48,634 nucleotides of DNA from a virus. Lineage: Duplodnaviria > Heunggongvirae > Uroviricota > Caudoviricetes. The DNA lies in the IMG/VR virus record IMGVR_UViG_3300045988_156243. One strand, written 5' to 3'. The notes below the pieces were generated by a model. The model saw nothing but the letters and a program-made list of their open reading frames with translations, had not been told where the DNA came from and searched no databases. A program made the translations under genes and the position numbers. Shown in pieces: positions 6,843 to 15,381 of the stretch. Numbering within the stretch: position 1 is the first letter of the stretch; every line of letters begins with the position of its first letter.

Positions 6843-7990
6843 AAACGCTTCCGACCGTTAACACCCTACAGCCTATCCTGCATAATCAGATTCCAGTAAT
6901 CACAACTGAGCTACTCGCCCGCCTTTATGGAACAGAAGCAATCCGTATACAGCAAAATCACCATGAAAATAAAACTCGGTTCATTGAGGGGAAGCACTTC
7001 TTTAAAGCTGTTGGTGATGAACTCAAAAATTTGCGACTAGTTTTAAACGAGTCACAAAATGAGGTGCCAATTTCCCCCAAAACTCGCTCTCTCATCCTCT
7101 GGACAGAACGCGGGGCTGCACGTCACGCCAAAATGCTTGAAACTAACCAAGCGTGGGATGTGTTCGAACGGCTGGAAGACTGCTATTTCAACCAGAACGC
7201 GCAAACGGCCGCGACCGTAACCGTCTCGCCAAACAATGCTCGTGAGGTTGTCGATACGCTCAACGCCAAACCGATGTTTTACATTAAGGTGTGCAACAAC
7301 GAGCCACTCACAACCTCAGCCGATGTTGCCCAGGCATTCAGCACCACAAACAATTCCATCGTTATGGCCATCGATGCGTTACGCATTCCTCGCACAGCTG
7401 CGGCACGTCATTTCTTTAAAGAGCAACGACCGCTGGAAGGAAGCGACCGCGAAATAACAATCTATCGCATGACAAAAGACGGATTTACCTTGCTCATGGA
7501 AAGTATCGACGGTCCAGGCGTGAAAGATATCAAGCTGGCCTACATTGAAGCCTTTAACGCTATCAGCAGCGTGTTAAAAACACAGTACGAGCGTGATCTG
7601 GCTAAACGACTGTACCAGGAAAAAACGATTATCCGCGCGGCAACAGAGCATAATCGGCTATTAACGGAACCGAACTACAGGAAGGAACTAATCAAGGAGT
7701 TTGACAAGGCAACAGGGAAAACCAAAGCGGCGCTAAATCTGCCAGCAATGACTCAGGAAAATGTGATATCAGCCTTACTTCTTGATCTGCTCAGAAACGC
7801 CAGAGCACTTATCAGCTTTGACGAAAACCTGAATCCTCAGCTCAAGCTACTACCACCGACAGGCAAAGTAGTCGACCAAGCTGATCACAACAGCATACTC
7901 AGCGTTCTGGATGCAAACCTGCCAGCCAGGACACTACAGGATCTGATAAAAACATGTGCTGATAAGCTGGCACAGAAAAGCAGACCATAA
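6839..7990 (+). CDS. Antirepressor (KilA-N/ORF6N-type N-domain plus Rha/Ant-type domain)
   Basis: 383 aa; N-terminal ITTELLARLYGTEAIRIQQNHHENKTRFIEGKHFF and central PMFYIKVCNNEPLTTSADVAQAF resemble phage antirepressor domains. Confidence 0.8.
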   Translation: MKTLPTVNTLQPILHNQIPVITTELLARLYGTEAIRIQQNHHENKTRFIEGKHFFKAVGDELKNLRLVLNESQNEVPISPKTRSLILWTERGAARHAKMLETNQAWDVFERLEDCYFNQNAQTAATVTVSPNNAREVVDTLNAKPMFYIKVCNNEPLTTSADVAQAFSTTNNSIVMAIDALRIPRTAAARHFFKEQRPLEGSDREITIYRMTKDGFTLLMESIDGPGVKDIKLAYIEAFNAISSVLKTQYERDLAKRLYQEKTIIRAATEHNRLLTEPNYRKELIKEFDKATGKTKAALNLPAMTQENVISALLLDLLRNARALISFDENLNPQLKLLPPTGKVVDQADHNSILSVLDANLPARTLQDLIKTCADKLAQKSRP

Positions 7991-7996
7991 CTACAA

Positions 7997-8020
7997 GGGG
8001 CTACGGCCCCTTACTCTTTT
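7997..8020 (+). terminator. Intrinsic terminator after the antirepressor
   Basis: Hairpin ggggc-tacg-gcccc followed by a T-rich run. Confidence 0.6.
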
Positions 8021-8728
8021 CTCTCTTATCAACACCAGAGACTTTCTGAAAATCCTTTCGAATAGCGTCAGCGTCACGCGCCAAGCCCATACTGGAACGT
8101 GTCGCCATATGACGAAAATGATCAACTGCCGGAAACAAAGAAATAATGGACCCAATAGCTTGCAGCAAACTCGCTTTTCTACGCATCATAATTCCACCAT
8201 AACCGATAACCACCCTTCAGACACAACCCCCCCTCCCCCCATACAGGGTGCCCTTTACCGGAGTTCCGGCCCCTTCTCAAAAGCATCAAAAAAAGCTCGA
8301 GATAGAGTACCGGAACTCATGCCACCAGATAGCTCCACATCGTTTCCAATGCTTCGCCGCCGTGTGCGCCCTGTGGCCCACAATCATGCCATTGGTCGTC
8401 TGATATACCTTCTTCTGCTCATAGAGCACAGGCGAGTTGTCGCACTCCTGCCTTTCTCAGACTCGACTTAGTTTAGATCGCTGTTCCTGGCTTGCGTCAG
8501 CACACTTTCCCCTTGTACGCATACCCGCGCGCCACTTCGCCCAAAAACACCGAACCCAACGAAGTGGCAAAGACAACGACGCGAGCGTGAGTCTGAAATG
8601 GGCACCAGTAAAAAAGGGGTTGCAGGCGCAAAAAGATTTGATTATCTTTAGACGCAAGAAAGCCGCCCCAATCAAGAGGTGTCTTTTTAAATCCAGCCTA
8701 CCAAGCAAGATTTAAATTTCAGACTGAA

Positions 8729-8752
8729 AACCGCCCGGCAAGGCGGTTTTTG
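8729..8752. terminator. Bidirectional intrinsic terminator
   Basis: Hairpin accgcc-cggcaa-ggcggt followed by ttttt; an A-run on the other side. Confidence 0.65.
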
Positions 8753-8799
8753 TCTTTCTGGCGCTTACATTACACCACCATAAAACGATCCGTAAAGGA

Positions 8800-9072
8800 T
8801 CATTTGATCCCTTGTTCCAATTCTGCCGACACTTTAACCTTTTCCCATACAAGGGTTTGCAGCCTTAACAGAATCGCATCTTTATCAAGGTGTGAAAGAT
8901 CCTTCACCATATCGTCAAACGACAGAACGCGAATGGCCATCTCAATGACCCTCGGCGGCTCCCCCTTCTCATATCGCTTATATGTAGCCAACGATATCCC
9001 AAATTCTTCGGCGGCTCGCTCCTGCGTCCAGTTCATCCCACGACGCCATAATTTCAATTCATAACCCGTCAT
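8800..9072 (-). CDS. Small HTH DNA-binding protein
   Basis: 90 aa from ATG at 9072 (ORF-track start is TTG); HTH-like WTQERAAEEFGISLATYKRYEKG; palindromic operator just upstream. Confidence 0.55.
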   Translation of the reverse strand: MTGYELKLWRRGMNWTQERAAEEFGISLATYKRYEKGEPPRVIEMAIRVLSFDDMVKDLSHLDKDAILLRLQTLVWEKVKVSAELEQGIK

Positions 9073-9100
9073 AGCACCCTCCTCGCACAATATTAACACT

Positions 9101-9127
9101 CGCAAAGTGTCAAAATGACACTTTGCG
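9101..9127. promoter_or_regulatory. Perfect 12-bp inverted repeat cgcaaagtgtca-aaa-tgacactttgcg (operator candidate)
   Basis: Read directly; lies 29-55 bp upstream of the HTH gene ATG. Confidence 0.55.
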
Positions 9128-9135
9128 CATTGTGT

Positions 9136-9516
9136 TTACTTAACGAGGAATAAAAATGGTTTATTGTTCGGCGGTGTAATCGGGGCTGGCTCGCTTTTGC
9201 TCATGCGATCAGTGTACCAGGCCAACTCCTTGTCAAAGTAAGCCTGATTAAAATAGGCCATGAATGTAGTTTCAAATCCATAACGACCGCTAATACGCAG
9301 CATCTGATTGCCGTTCTCTGTTTCCAGATATACCTGGGCACGTTCCTGATTCTCCTTCAGCCAGGTTAAAGCCTCATCGCATGAGGACACACGATACTCA
9401 TCATCGTAGCAGTCATCGATGCGGCTTGAGGAAGAACGGCAAATCACGCCAACAGAACCAGCCAGGATAGTTTGAATTTTAAGGAAAGCGTTTTTGCGGA
9501 TTTTAATCATGCTCAT
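9136..9516 (-). CDS. Hypothetical protein driven by cassette copy A
   Basis: 126 aa; ATG at 9516 inside the conserved leader. Confidence 0.5.
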   Translation of the reverse strand: MSMIKIRKNAFLKIQTILAGSVGVICRSSSSRIDDCYDDEYRVSSCDEALTWLKENQERAQVYLETENGNQMLRISGRYGFETTFMAYFNQAYFDKELAWYTDRMSKSEPAPITPPNNKPFLFLVK

Positions 9517-9628
9517 CGGGTTATCTCCGGTTTAACCAGGGCGGGTATCGCTCGGTTTCGGGTATAACCTTAGGAAATTTTTTCCCACCTGTAAAGCACT
9601 TTTTATATAAATCTATAATTATATAAGC
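9517..9628 (-). promoter_or_regulatory. Conserved promoter-leader cassette, copy A
   Basis: About 105 bp near-identical to 41655-41770 and to 48585-48634 plus 1-58; TTTACA-17-TAAGGT, upstream AT-rich box, and RBS ggag before the ATG. Confidence 0.55.
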
Positions 9629-9629
9629 A

Positions 9630-9656
9630 CAAAAAAGCCCCTTTGCAACAGGGGCT
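9630..9656 (-). terminator. Intrinsic terminator of the toxin-antitoxin operon
   Basis: Hairpin agcccct-ttgcaac-aggggct with a U-run on the minus strand. Confidence 0.6.
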
Positions 9657-9671
9657 TATCATTCGTTCTGA

Positions 9672-9971
9672 TCAGATGTTAAACGCTATTCGTTTTCCTG
9701 TGGGAAGCTCAACATCCAGGCTTAATTTGCCTCCCATAGCTTCAACGTAACGCTTTAATGTCGCCAGCTTTAAATCATTTCCGCGCTGCTCCAGCTTTGT
9801 TACTGCTGGCTGGCTTATACCCATCGCCTCAGCAACCTGTTTTTGTGATAACTGGAGTTCTTCACGCATCATCTGCAAGCCGACCTCAAGAATCATCTCA
9901 TCTGCCATTTCTTTAATTCGCGCCTGGCTTTCCGGTGAACGGCTGGCAATCGCCTCATCTAATGTTCTCAT
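9672..9971 (-). CDS. HigA-like antitoxin (HTH_XRE)
   Basis: 99 aa; HTH LQLSQKQVAEAMGISQPAVTKLEQ; sits immediately downstream of the toxin gene. Confidence 0.75.
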   Translation of the reverse strand: MRTLDEAIASRSPESQARIKEMADEMILEVGLQMMREELQLSQKQVAEAMGISQPAVTKLEQRGNDLKLATLKRYVEAMGGKLSLDVELPTGKRIAFNI

Positions 9972-10318
9972 TACTTGCTCTCCAGTGTGTTCAGATGTGC
10001 TGCAAACTCATCCTCAGCTATACGCACCAGTTTTTCATAAAACCGCTTATCGTTACTTTTGTCTCCTGCACAAAGAACGATGGCCCGGCGAATCGGATCG
10101 AACGCATAAAAGGCTCTTATCGGACGGCCAGAAAACTGAACGCGAAGCTCTTTCATATTTTTGTACCGAGAACCTTTTACGGTATCGGCATATGGCCTAG
10201 GTAACTCAGGTCCGTAAACCTGTAGCTTTTTCAAATCAGCCAAAACCTTTTCCTGAAGAGCGTCTTCTTGCTCATTTAGCCAGTCGTCAAATCGCTGGCT
10301 AAAAAGTACCGTCCACAT
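9971..10318 (-). CDS. RelE/HigB-type toxin (phage Gp49-like killer protein family)
   Basis: 115 aa from ATG at 10318 (ORF-track start is TTG); toxin-first order overlapping the antitoxin start. Confidence 0.7.
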   Translation of the reverse strand: MWTVLFSQRFDDWLNEQEDALQEKVLADLKKLQVYGPELPRPYADTVKGSRYKNMKELRVQFSGRPIRAFYAFDPIRRAIVLCAGDKSNDKRFYEKLVRIAEDEFAAHLNTLESK

Positions 10319-10355
10319 GCTCAATCCTATAACCTGTAGTTTATATCACTAACTA

Positions 10356-10373
10356 TATAACCTGTGGGTTATA
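10356..10373. promoter_or_regulatory. Palindrome tataacc-tgtg-ggttata upstream of the toxin-antitoxin operon (operator candidate)
   Basis: Inverted repeat, with a direct repeat of tataacctgt at 10328-10337. Confidence 0.4.
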
Positions 10374-10562
10374 ATTTCAAGAAAAACGGGGCTATTTAAC
10401 ATAATGGACGTTATCGGCACCACCGGATCACCGTTCATTGTCGGATCTAAAAAATCCGCTCAAAAGATCATGTTTTCCTGGGCGTTTTCCACCGTTTTTT
10501 ATGTTGCTTATTTGTTAATGAAATCTCGTTTTCAGTTTCGCCTCATTTTCGACGCGAAAGCC

Positions 10563-10838
10563 CTATTTTTGTGACTTTACTCCTGGCATATGGACTTCCC
10601 AGCGACGAATCCCCATAGCTGCGCAAAAATCAGCCACATAATTCAATCCCGCCCATTCGCGGATACCACCACGGGCTTTTTCAATGAAAACGGCAATCCC
10701 TTTTTTATTGAGAGCAAAAAGCCGCCAGCTTTTTGTCACTTCGTCCTGGGTAGCCACAACACAAGTGAAAGCTCCCATGCGATACAGGTCCAAGAACTCT
10801 TTGCGTGTTTTGCGTACAAGTTCCATAACAAACCTCAT
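10563..10838 (-). CDS. Hypothetical protein
   Basis: About 91 aa from ATG at 10838 (ORF-track start is TTG at 10853). Confidence 0.4.
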   Translation of the reverse strand: MRFVMELVRKTRKEFLDLYRMGAFTCVVATQDEVTKSWRLFALNKKGIAVFIEKARGGIREWAGLNYVADFCAAMGIRRWEVHMPGVKSQK

Positions 10839-10849
10839 ATTTGCATGTT

Positions 10850-11149
10850 TCAAACATCTGTTTTGTTATCAATGAAGATTAACCCTAACCCAGCGAAGTA
10901 ACACAGCAGCGCCCAGGCTGCATACGGAATGCTGGATCTGGATGTGGACTCCTTTAACATCTGCCAATTGCGAACATTGCGACTATCTTTTAAGCCAAGT
11001 TTTTTGGCCAACTGCGAGCCGCTCATTCCGGTCAGGCCAATGACTGCCCGAACTTCTCCACATGTAGGAGACTCCCATTCATCCGCTTTTTTTAAACAAG
11101 CCGGATTCAACATTTTTAAAACAGTATCTTTATCCATAACCATCTCCAT
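10850..11149 (-). CDS. Hypothetical protein with HTH-like segment and C-terminal hydrophobic helix
   Basis: 99 aa; GLTGMSGSQLAKKLGL then IPYAAWALLCYFAGLGLIF. Confidence 0.35.
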   Translation of the reverse strand: MEMVMDKDTVLKMLNPACLKKADEWESPTCGEVRAVIGLTGMSGSQLAKKLGLKDSRNVRNWQMLKESTSRSSIPYAAWALLCYFAGLGLIFIDNKTDV

Positions 11150-11349
11150 TTATTATATCTACGATGGTAGGAAATCTTTTCCTATGTGGCAATAGAAATT
11201 TACTACATTGCGTATAAGACAACTTTTCTATGTCTAATAGGAAATGATGTTTCTTACGTTTTATCGCGTTCTGATGGCTACTGTGTGCGTATTTATCGAC
11301 GTTTATTGATAAGGCTCCCCCTTCCTCCTGCAAAGCCCGGCCGTAGGCC

Positions 11350-11780
11350 TTATTTCGTCCTTATATAAATTGATTTTGTATAGTTCGAAACGCGCCGTTT
11401 CGAAAAGGATGATCAGGCTACTCCATGCCTCCGGCAAGTGCCGGAGGAGGTATATTTGAGCGTAGCGACTCGAACCGGCGCGAGCTTTAGCTCGCTGCAA
11501 GGGCGAACATATTCACAGGCAAAGCCTGCGTAAGTTAAATAAAGAAAGTTTTAATAAAAGAAAGTGATTTTGCATTTATTTGTTTAGTGCATCTATTATA
11601 AAAAACCATTTGCATATACATATCAAAACTGTGGATAACTTGATTAGTTGATACCTGTAAAGGCGATATTTTTGCTGAGTTCAGGTTTAGAGAAAATTAA
11701 TTTAGCTTGTTTTTTGAACAGCTATTTTTTTGCGACGTAGATAATCCTCCGGTAAAACCGGATTCATCATTCAGGTGAGT
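11350..11780. other. Candidate plasmid replication origin region downstream of repA
   Basis: AT-rich; DnaA box tgtggataa at 11630-11638; GC hairpins at 11385-11405, 11428-11448 and 11465-11485. Confidence 0.45.
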
Positions 11781-12628
11781 TAATGTTGGAGTGATTTCCA
11801 GGTCTTTCTTAGCCTGTTATAACGCTGCTCAACGAGGGATCGTAAATATGCAAGGTCAGCACCAGGATACATGCCATCAGCAAATTCCTGGCTAACCTCT
11901 CTAGTGATTTGATGACGAAGTTCGGCCTCTCCCTTTTCCTGAACAAGACGCGCAGCTCTCTCCGCTGCTTTCTGTTTTGCCTTTATCTCTCTGGCCGTCT
12001 TCCTCTGACGCCATACATTCTCCATCTGCTCCTGAATAACAATACGCTTATAATCAGCCTCCGTTATCGCTTTTTTAAGCCGTTCGCTATTCTTCGCATT
12101 GAAGTAATTAAGTTTCTGGCTAACCGCACGTCTCCATGCTTGTTCAGTAATACCAACGGTTTCCAGCAGTTGATCACGAATCTCTATTTTCGCTGGCCAA
12201 TACTGTTTATTCACCCGATCCCAGCGACGTTCATAATCAATAAAACCTAACGCTTTCAGTTGCGACAACGCCCTTGTACAGCGCGTTATAGACTTGTTCC
12301 CAGCTTCGGATACGGTAGACAGGCCGCAAAAATCAGCCAACGCCTCAGCACTAGCCAGAACCCGCTTAGAAATGATGTTTACATGGTGCAAAATCGCAGC
12401 GATCACAGCATTAATCGCCCGACGACGATGCTCGTTTATCCGGCGCTTCCGCTCTGACGGTTGATTAACGTAGAACGCAACCTCACACGTAAGATCACGC
12501 CCATTAATGCGCTGTAAAGCATCAGATAACACCAGCGGCAGCTTGTGCGTATGGTGCTTTGGAGGCTGGAACTCCGGCGACAAATTACAAACGTAAGCTG
12601 AACGTAGAGACGGCATTGGTCTATCCAT
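11780..12628 (-). CDS. repA: Plasmid replication initiator, IncFII RepA1-like
   Basis: 283 aa from ATG at 12628 (ORF-track start is TTG at 12790); SITRCTRALSQLKALGFIDYE resembles the RepA1 motif SITRATRAL as I recall it. Confidence 0.8.
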   Translation of the reverse strand: MDRPMPSLRSAYVCNLSPEFQPPKHHTHKLPLVLSDALQRINGRDLTCEVAFYVNQPSERKRRINEHRRRAINAVIAAILHHVNIISKRVLASAEALADFCGLSTVSEAGNKSITRCTRALSQLKALGFIDYERRWDRVNKQYWPAKIEIRDQLLETVGITEQAWRRAVSQKLNYFNAKNSERLKKAITEADYKRIVIQEQMENVWRQRKTAREIKAKQKAAERAARLVQEKGEAELRHQITREVSQEFADGMYPGADLAYLRSLVEQRYNRLRKTWKSLQH

Positions 12629-12673
12629 ATGTTCGCTCTTGCGTCCACGGAAAACCAACGTATAATGGGAGTT

Positions 12674-12752
12674 GTCGAGGCGCCCATGGATATTGTTGTT
12701 GGTTTTCCGTGGATGTCGCAAGAAGCCCGCAGATTTATCTGCGGGCTTTTTG
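12674..12752 (+). ncRNA. Candidate antisense RNA to the repA leader (CopA-like)
   Basis: Plus-strand promoter TTGCGT (12639-12644), 17 bp, TATAAT (12662-12667); terminator agcccgcag-atttat-ctgcgggct plus T5 at 12722-12753; 16-bp inverted repeat arms 12644-12659 and 12698-12713 around the repA RBS. Confidence 0.4.
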
Positions 12753-12794
12753 TTTCCATATCTGGTCACTTTCCAACCAGACACCCACAATCAT

Positions 12795-12811
12795 AACCAC
12801 GTTACGTGGTT
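12795..12811. promoter_or_regulatory. Operator-like palindrome aaccacgttacgtggtt upstream of the repA leader
   Basis: Same AACCAC-N5-GTGGTT pattern as the cI/cro operators. Confidence 0.4.
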
Positions 12812-12940
12812 TTAAGAGAACTCTACCACAACACTTTCGGTCATGCACGAAGTCTCTCACTGATCGAACGATAATCCACCAGTAAAAGGATCTAAATTGG
12901 ATCTCGTTTTGCGAGCATCATACTACTGGCCTAACTCCAG

Positions 12941-13495
12941 TCAATGATTCCCAGCCGGAAACCTGCGGTAAAGCGTGGATAAGGTAACATCGAAGATAAT
13001 CGCTATCCGCTTACGTGAAACACCATTCGCAATAAGCCTTCCGATCTGTTCCCATTGCTCTGGTGCCAGCTTTGAGCGACGTCCTCCTATCCTGCCGTTA
13101 GCCCTTGCCACCGCCAATCCTGCACGCGTTCTTTCAATCATATTTTCCCGCTCCATCTCTGCGACTGCACTCAGCATCGTGTAGGCAAAGCGGCCAATTG
13201 AAGTGCTAATTTTTATCCCTTCCGTAATCGAAATAAACTCAATGTTGTTTGATAAAAAATGGTTAAGTAAATCAACAAGATGAATCAGAGAACGCCCCAT
13301 TCGGTCCAGCTTCCAGACAATAACCGTATCGCCCGGCCGTAGCACCTTAAGTAGCTTATCAAGCCCTGGCCGTTTTGATTTAGCACCGGATATTTTATCT
13401 TCAAAAATCCGGTCACATCCTGAACTCCTGAGCGCCTCCAGTTGTAATTCCAAATTCTGGTCAAAAGTTGACACCCTCGCATAACCATATTGCAT
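12941..13495 (-). CDS. Serine DNA invertase (Gin/Hin/Cin/Pin family)
   Basis: 184 aa; N-terminus MQYGYARVSTFDQNLELQ with catalytic Ser; C-terminal HTH; adjacent to an invertible tail-fibre segment. Confidence 0.9.
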   Translation of the reverse strand: MQYGYARVSTFDQNLELQLEALRSSGCDRIFEDKISGAKSKRPGLDKLLKVLRPGDTVIVWKLDRMGRSLIHLVDLLNHFLSNNIEFISITEGIKISTSIGRFAYTMLSAVAEMERENMIERTRAGLAVARANGRIGGRRSKLAPEQWEQIGRLIANGVSRKRIAIIFDVTLSTLYRRFPAGNH

Positions 13496-13562
13496 ACTTT
13501 CTAAACCGCGATTGTTGCTAAAAGCGGGAAAAAATATCGTTCAGACGACACAGAGGCAATTC

Positions 13563-13590
13563 GCAAAAACCTCGGTTTGCAGGAAACGGT
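13563..13590. repeat. Recombination site (gix-like), boundary of invertible segment
   Basis: aaaaacctcggtttgcaggaaac; closely resembles the Mu gix site as I recall it. Confidence 0.7.
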
Positions 13591-14824
13591 AAATCAGGCT
13601 TCTGGCGCATTACAAAAAAACCAGAACGGCGCGGATATTCCTGATAAGGATCGCTTCCTGAGTAACATTAATGTTTACAGCAAAGGCGAGGTGGATAAGA
13701 AAAAAGGAATGCGGCAGTACGTATTTAACGCGCCGTCTAATGCTGTTGGTGGAAAGTGGTATCCAGTTATTTTCCAGCGTTCCACAGGCAGCACTGGCGA
13801 GCTGGCTTCCAGAGTGATTATAACGACCACATCTGCCGGTGGTAATTACGAAATGAATAACTGCGAATTCAATGGAATGGTAATGCCTGGTGGCTGGACT
13901 GATCGTGGTTCATATGCGGCAGGTTATTTTTCGACGTATCAGACTAATGAGCGCGCAATCCACTCCATTGTAACAAGCCTTAAAGAAGATGATGTATGCA
14001 GCGTTTTTTACGTTGAAGGCAGGGCTTTTCCTGTGCGGGTTTCTGCTGAAGAAGGGCTAACGGTTATTGTTCCAACTCAGGATTATACCGTCGGTCAAAC
14101 AACATATAAGTGGGGAGCAACTAATCCCGCGACAGAAAGCACGAACGCACAAGCCATTCTGGATTTTAACAATGGGCGAGGGTTTTATTGTTCTCACTCA
14201 ATATTCGGTATTAATGCCATTTTTAGCGGAAATCTGGGGATTGGAACGGCTAATGCCCTGGGTGGAAATTCAATAGTTTTAGGAGATAACGATACCGGGT
14301 TTAAACAAAATGGTGATGGGGTGCTGGATGCTTATGCTAATGGTGTGCATGTATTCCGCTTTATAAATGGTTCAGCAAGATCATTAAAGGGTATTCAGGC
14401 TGGGGAAAGTAAGTTCTTCACACTTTCAAGTGCAAATACCGCTGCCCGTAATGCATCATTTAACTTGTGGGGAAATTCGTCAAGACCAACTGTTGCAGAG
14501 CTTGGTGATGATTCAGGCTGGCATTTCTATAGTCAGCGAAATACAGATAACTCGGTGATATTTGCTGTAAACGGTCAGATACAACCAAGCAACTGGGGTA
14601 ACATTGATTCCCGATATGTGAAAGATGTTCGGCTTGGCTCACAGCAATATTATGGTGTGAACAACTGGCAAACATGGAACTTCCAGTGCCCTTCAGGTCA
14701 TGTATTGTCTGGTATAAATGTTCAGGATACAGGGTCCAATTCTGCCGATAATATAGCTGGCGTTTATTACAGACCCGTTCAAAAGTATATAAATGGCACC
14801 TGGTATAATGTAGCGAGCGTTTAA
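13577..14824 (+). CDS. Alternative tail-fibre C-terminal cassette (Sv'-like), silent orientation
   Basis: Frame reads through the gix-like site (NLGLQE versus YLGLRE in the expressed fibre); C-terminus [12 protein letters not shown] parallels the expressed fibre end. Confidence 0.7.
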   Translation: MQETVNQASGALQKNQNGADIPDKDRFLSNINVYSKGEVDKKKGMRQYVFNAPSNAVGGKWYPVIFQRSTGSTGELASRVIITTTSAGGNYEMNNCEFNGMVMPGGWTDRGSYAAGYFSTYQTNERAIHSIVTSLKEDDVCSVFYVEGRAFPVRVSAEEGLTVIVPTQDYTVGQTTYKWGATNPATESTNAQAILDFNNGRGFYCSHSIFGINAIFSGNLGIGTANALGGNSIVLGDNDTGFKQNGDGVLDAYANGVHVFRFINGSARSLKGIQAGESKFFTLSSANTAARNASFNLWGNSSRPTVAELGDDSGWHFYSQRNTDNSVIFAVNGQIQPSNWGNIDSRYVKDVRLGSQQYYGVNNWQTWNFQCPSGHVLSGINVQDTGSNSADNIAGVYYRPVQKYINGTWYNVASV

Positions 14825-14825
14825 T

Positions 14826-15353
14826 ATGATGCACTTAAAGAACATTAAAGCGGGTAACGCTAAAACACTGGAACAGTACGAATTAACAAAGAATTTTGAC
14901 GTTATCTGGTTGTGGTCCGAAGACGGAAAAAACTGGTATGAAGAGGTAAAGAATTTTCAGGAAGACACAATAAAGATTGTTTACGATGAACATAATATTA
15001 TTGTTGCCATAACTAAAGATGCCTCCACGCTTAACCCTGAAGGTTTTAACGTCGTTGAGGTCCCCGATATAACAGCCAATCGTCGGGCCGATGATTCCGG
15101 TAAGTGGATGTTTAAGGACGGAGCTGTAGTTAAACGGATTTATACGGCAGACGAGCAGCAACAACAGGCCGAATCACAAAAGGCCGCGTTACTTTCCGAA
15201 GCGGAAAGCGTTATTCAGCCACTGGAGCGCGCTGTCAGGCTGAATATGGCGACGGATGAGGAGCGTAGCCGACTGGAAGCATGGGAACGCTACAGTGTTA
15301 TGGTCAGCCGTGTGGATACGGCAAAGCCCGAATGGCCACAAAAGCCTGAGTAA
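14826..15353 (+). CDS. Tail fibre assembly protein (alternate copy)
   Basis: 175 aa; paralogue of 15382-15915 (MMHLKNI(K/T)AGN...[10 protein letters not shown]) in opposite orientation. Confidence 0.75.
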   Translation: MMHLKNIKAGNAKTLEQYELTKNFDVIWLWSEDGKNWYEEVKNFQEDTIKIVYDEHNIIVAITKDASTLNPEGFNVVEVPDITANRRADDSGKWMFKDGAVVKRIYTADEQQQQAESQKAALLSEAESVIQPLERAVRLNMATDEERSRLEAWERYSVMVSRVDTAKPEWPQKPE

Positions 15354-15358
15354 AAATT

Positions 15359-15378
15359 AAGGCCCGATATCGGGCCTT
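15359..15378. terminator. Bidirectional terminator between the two tail fibre assembly genes
   Basis: Perfect hairpin aaggcccgatatcgggcctt. Confidence 0.55.
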
Positions 15379-15381
15379 CTC

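Noticed and set aside
7956-8471. 171-aa plus-strand ORF after the antirepressor
   Set aside because: Low-complexity translation (poly-Pro and basic runs), begins within the antirepressor terminator, and overlaps ORFs on the other strand; the region is treated as noncoding.
12436-12885. ORFs 12436-12759 (minus) and 12559-12885 (plus) in the repA leader
   Set aside because: They overlap the promoter, hairpin and terminator of the candidate antisense RNA and the operator-like palindrome; the repA ORF-track N-terminal extension depends on a TTG start.
12941-13495. Serine recombinase as a transposon resolvase or integrase marking a mobile element
   Set aside because: It is a small Gin/Hin-type invertase flanked by gix-like sites inside the tail-fibre gene; no transposase, terminal inverted repeats or attachment site were seen.
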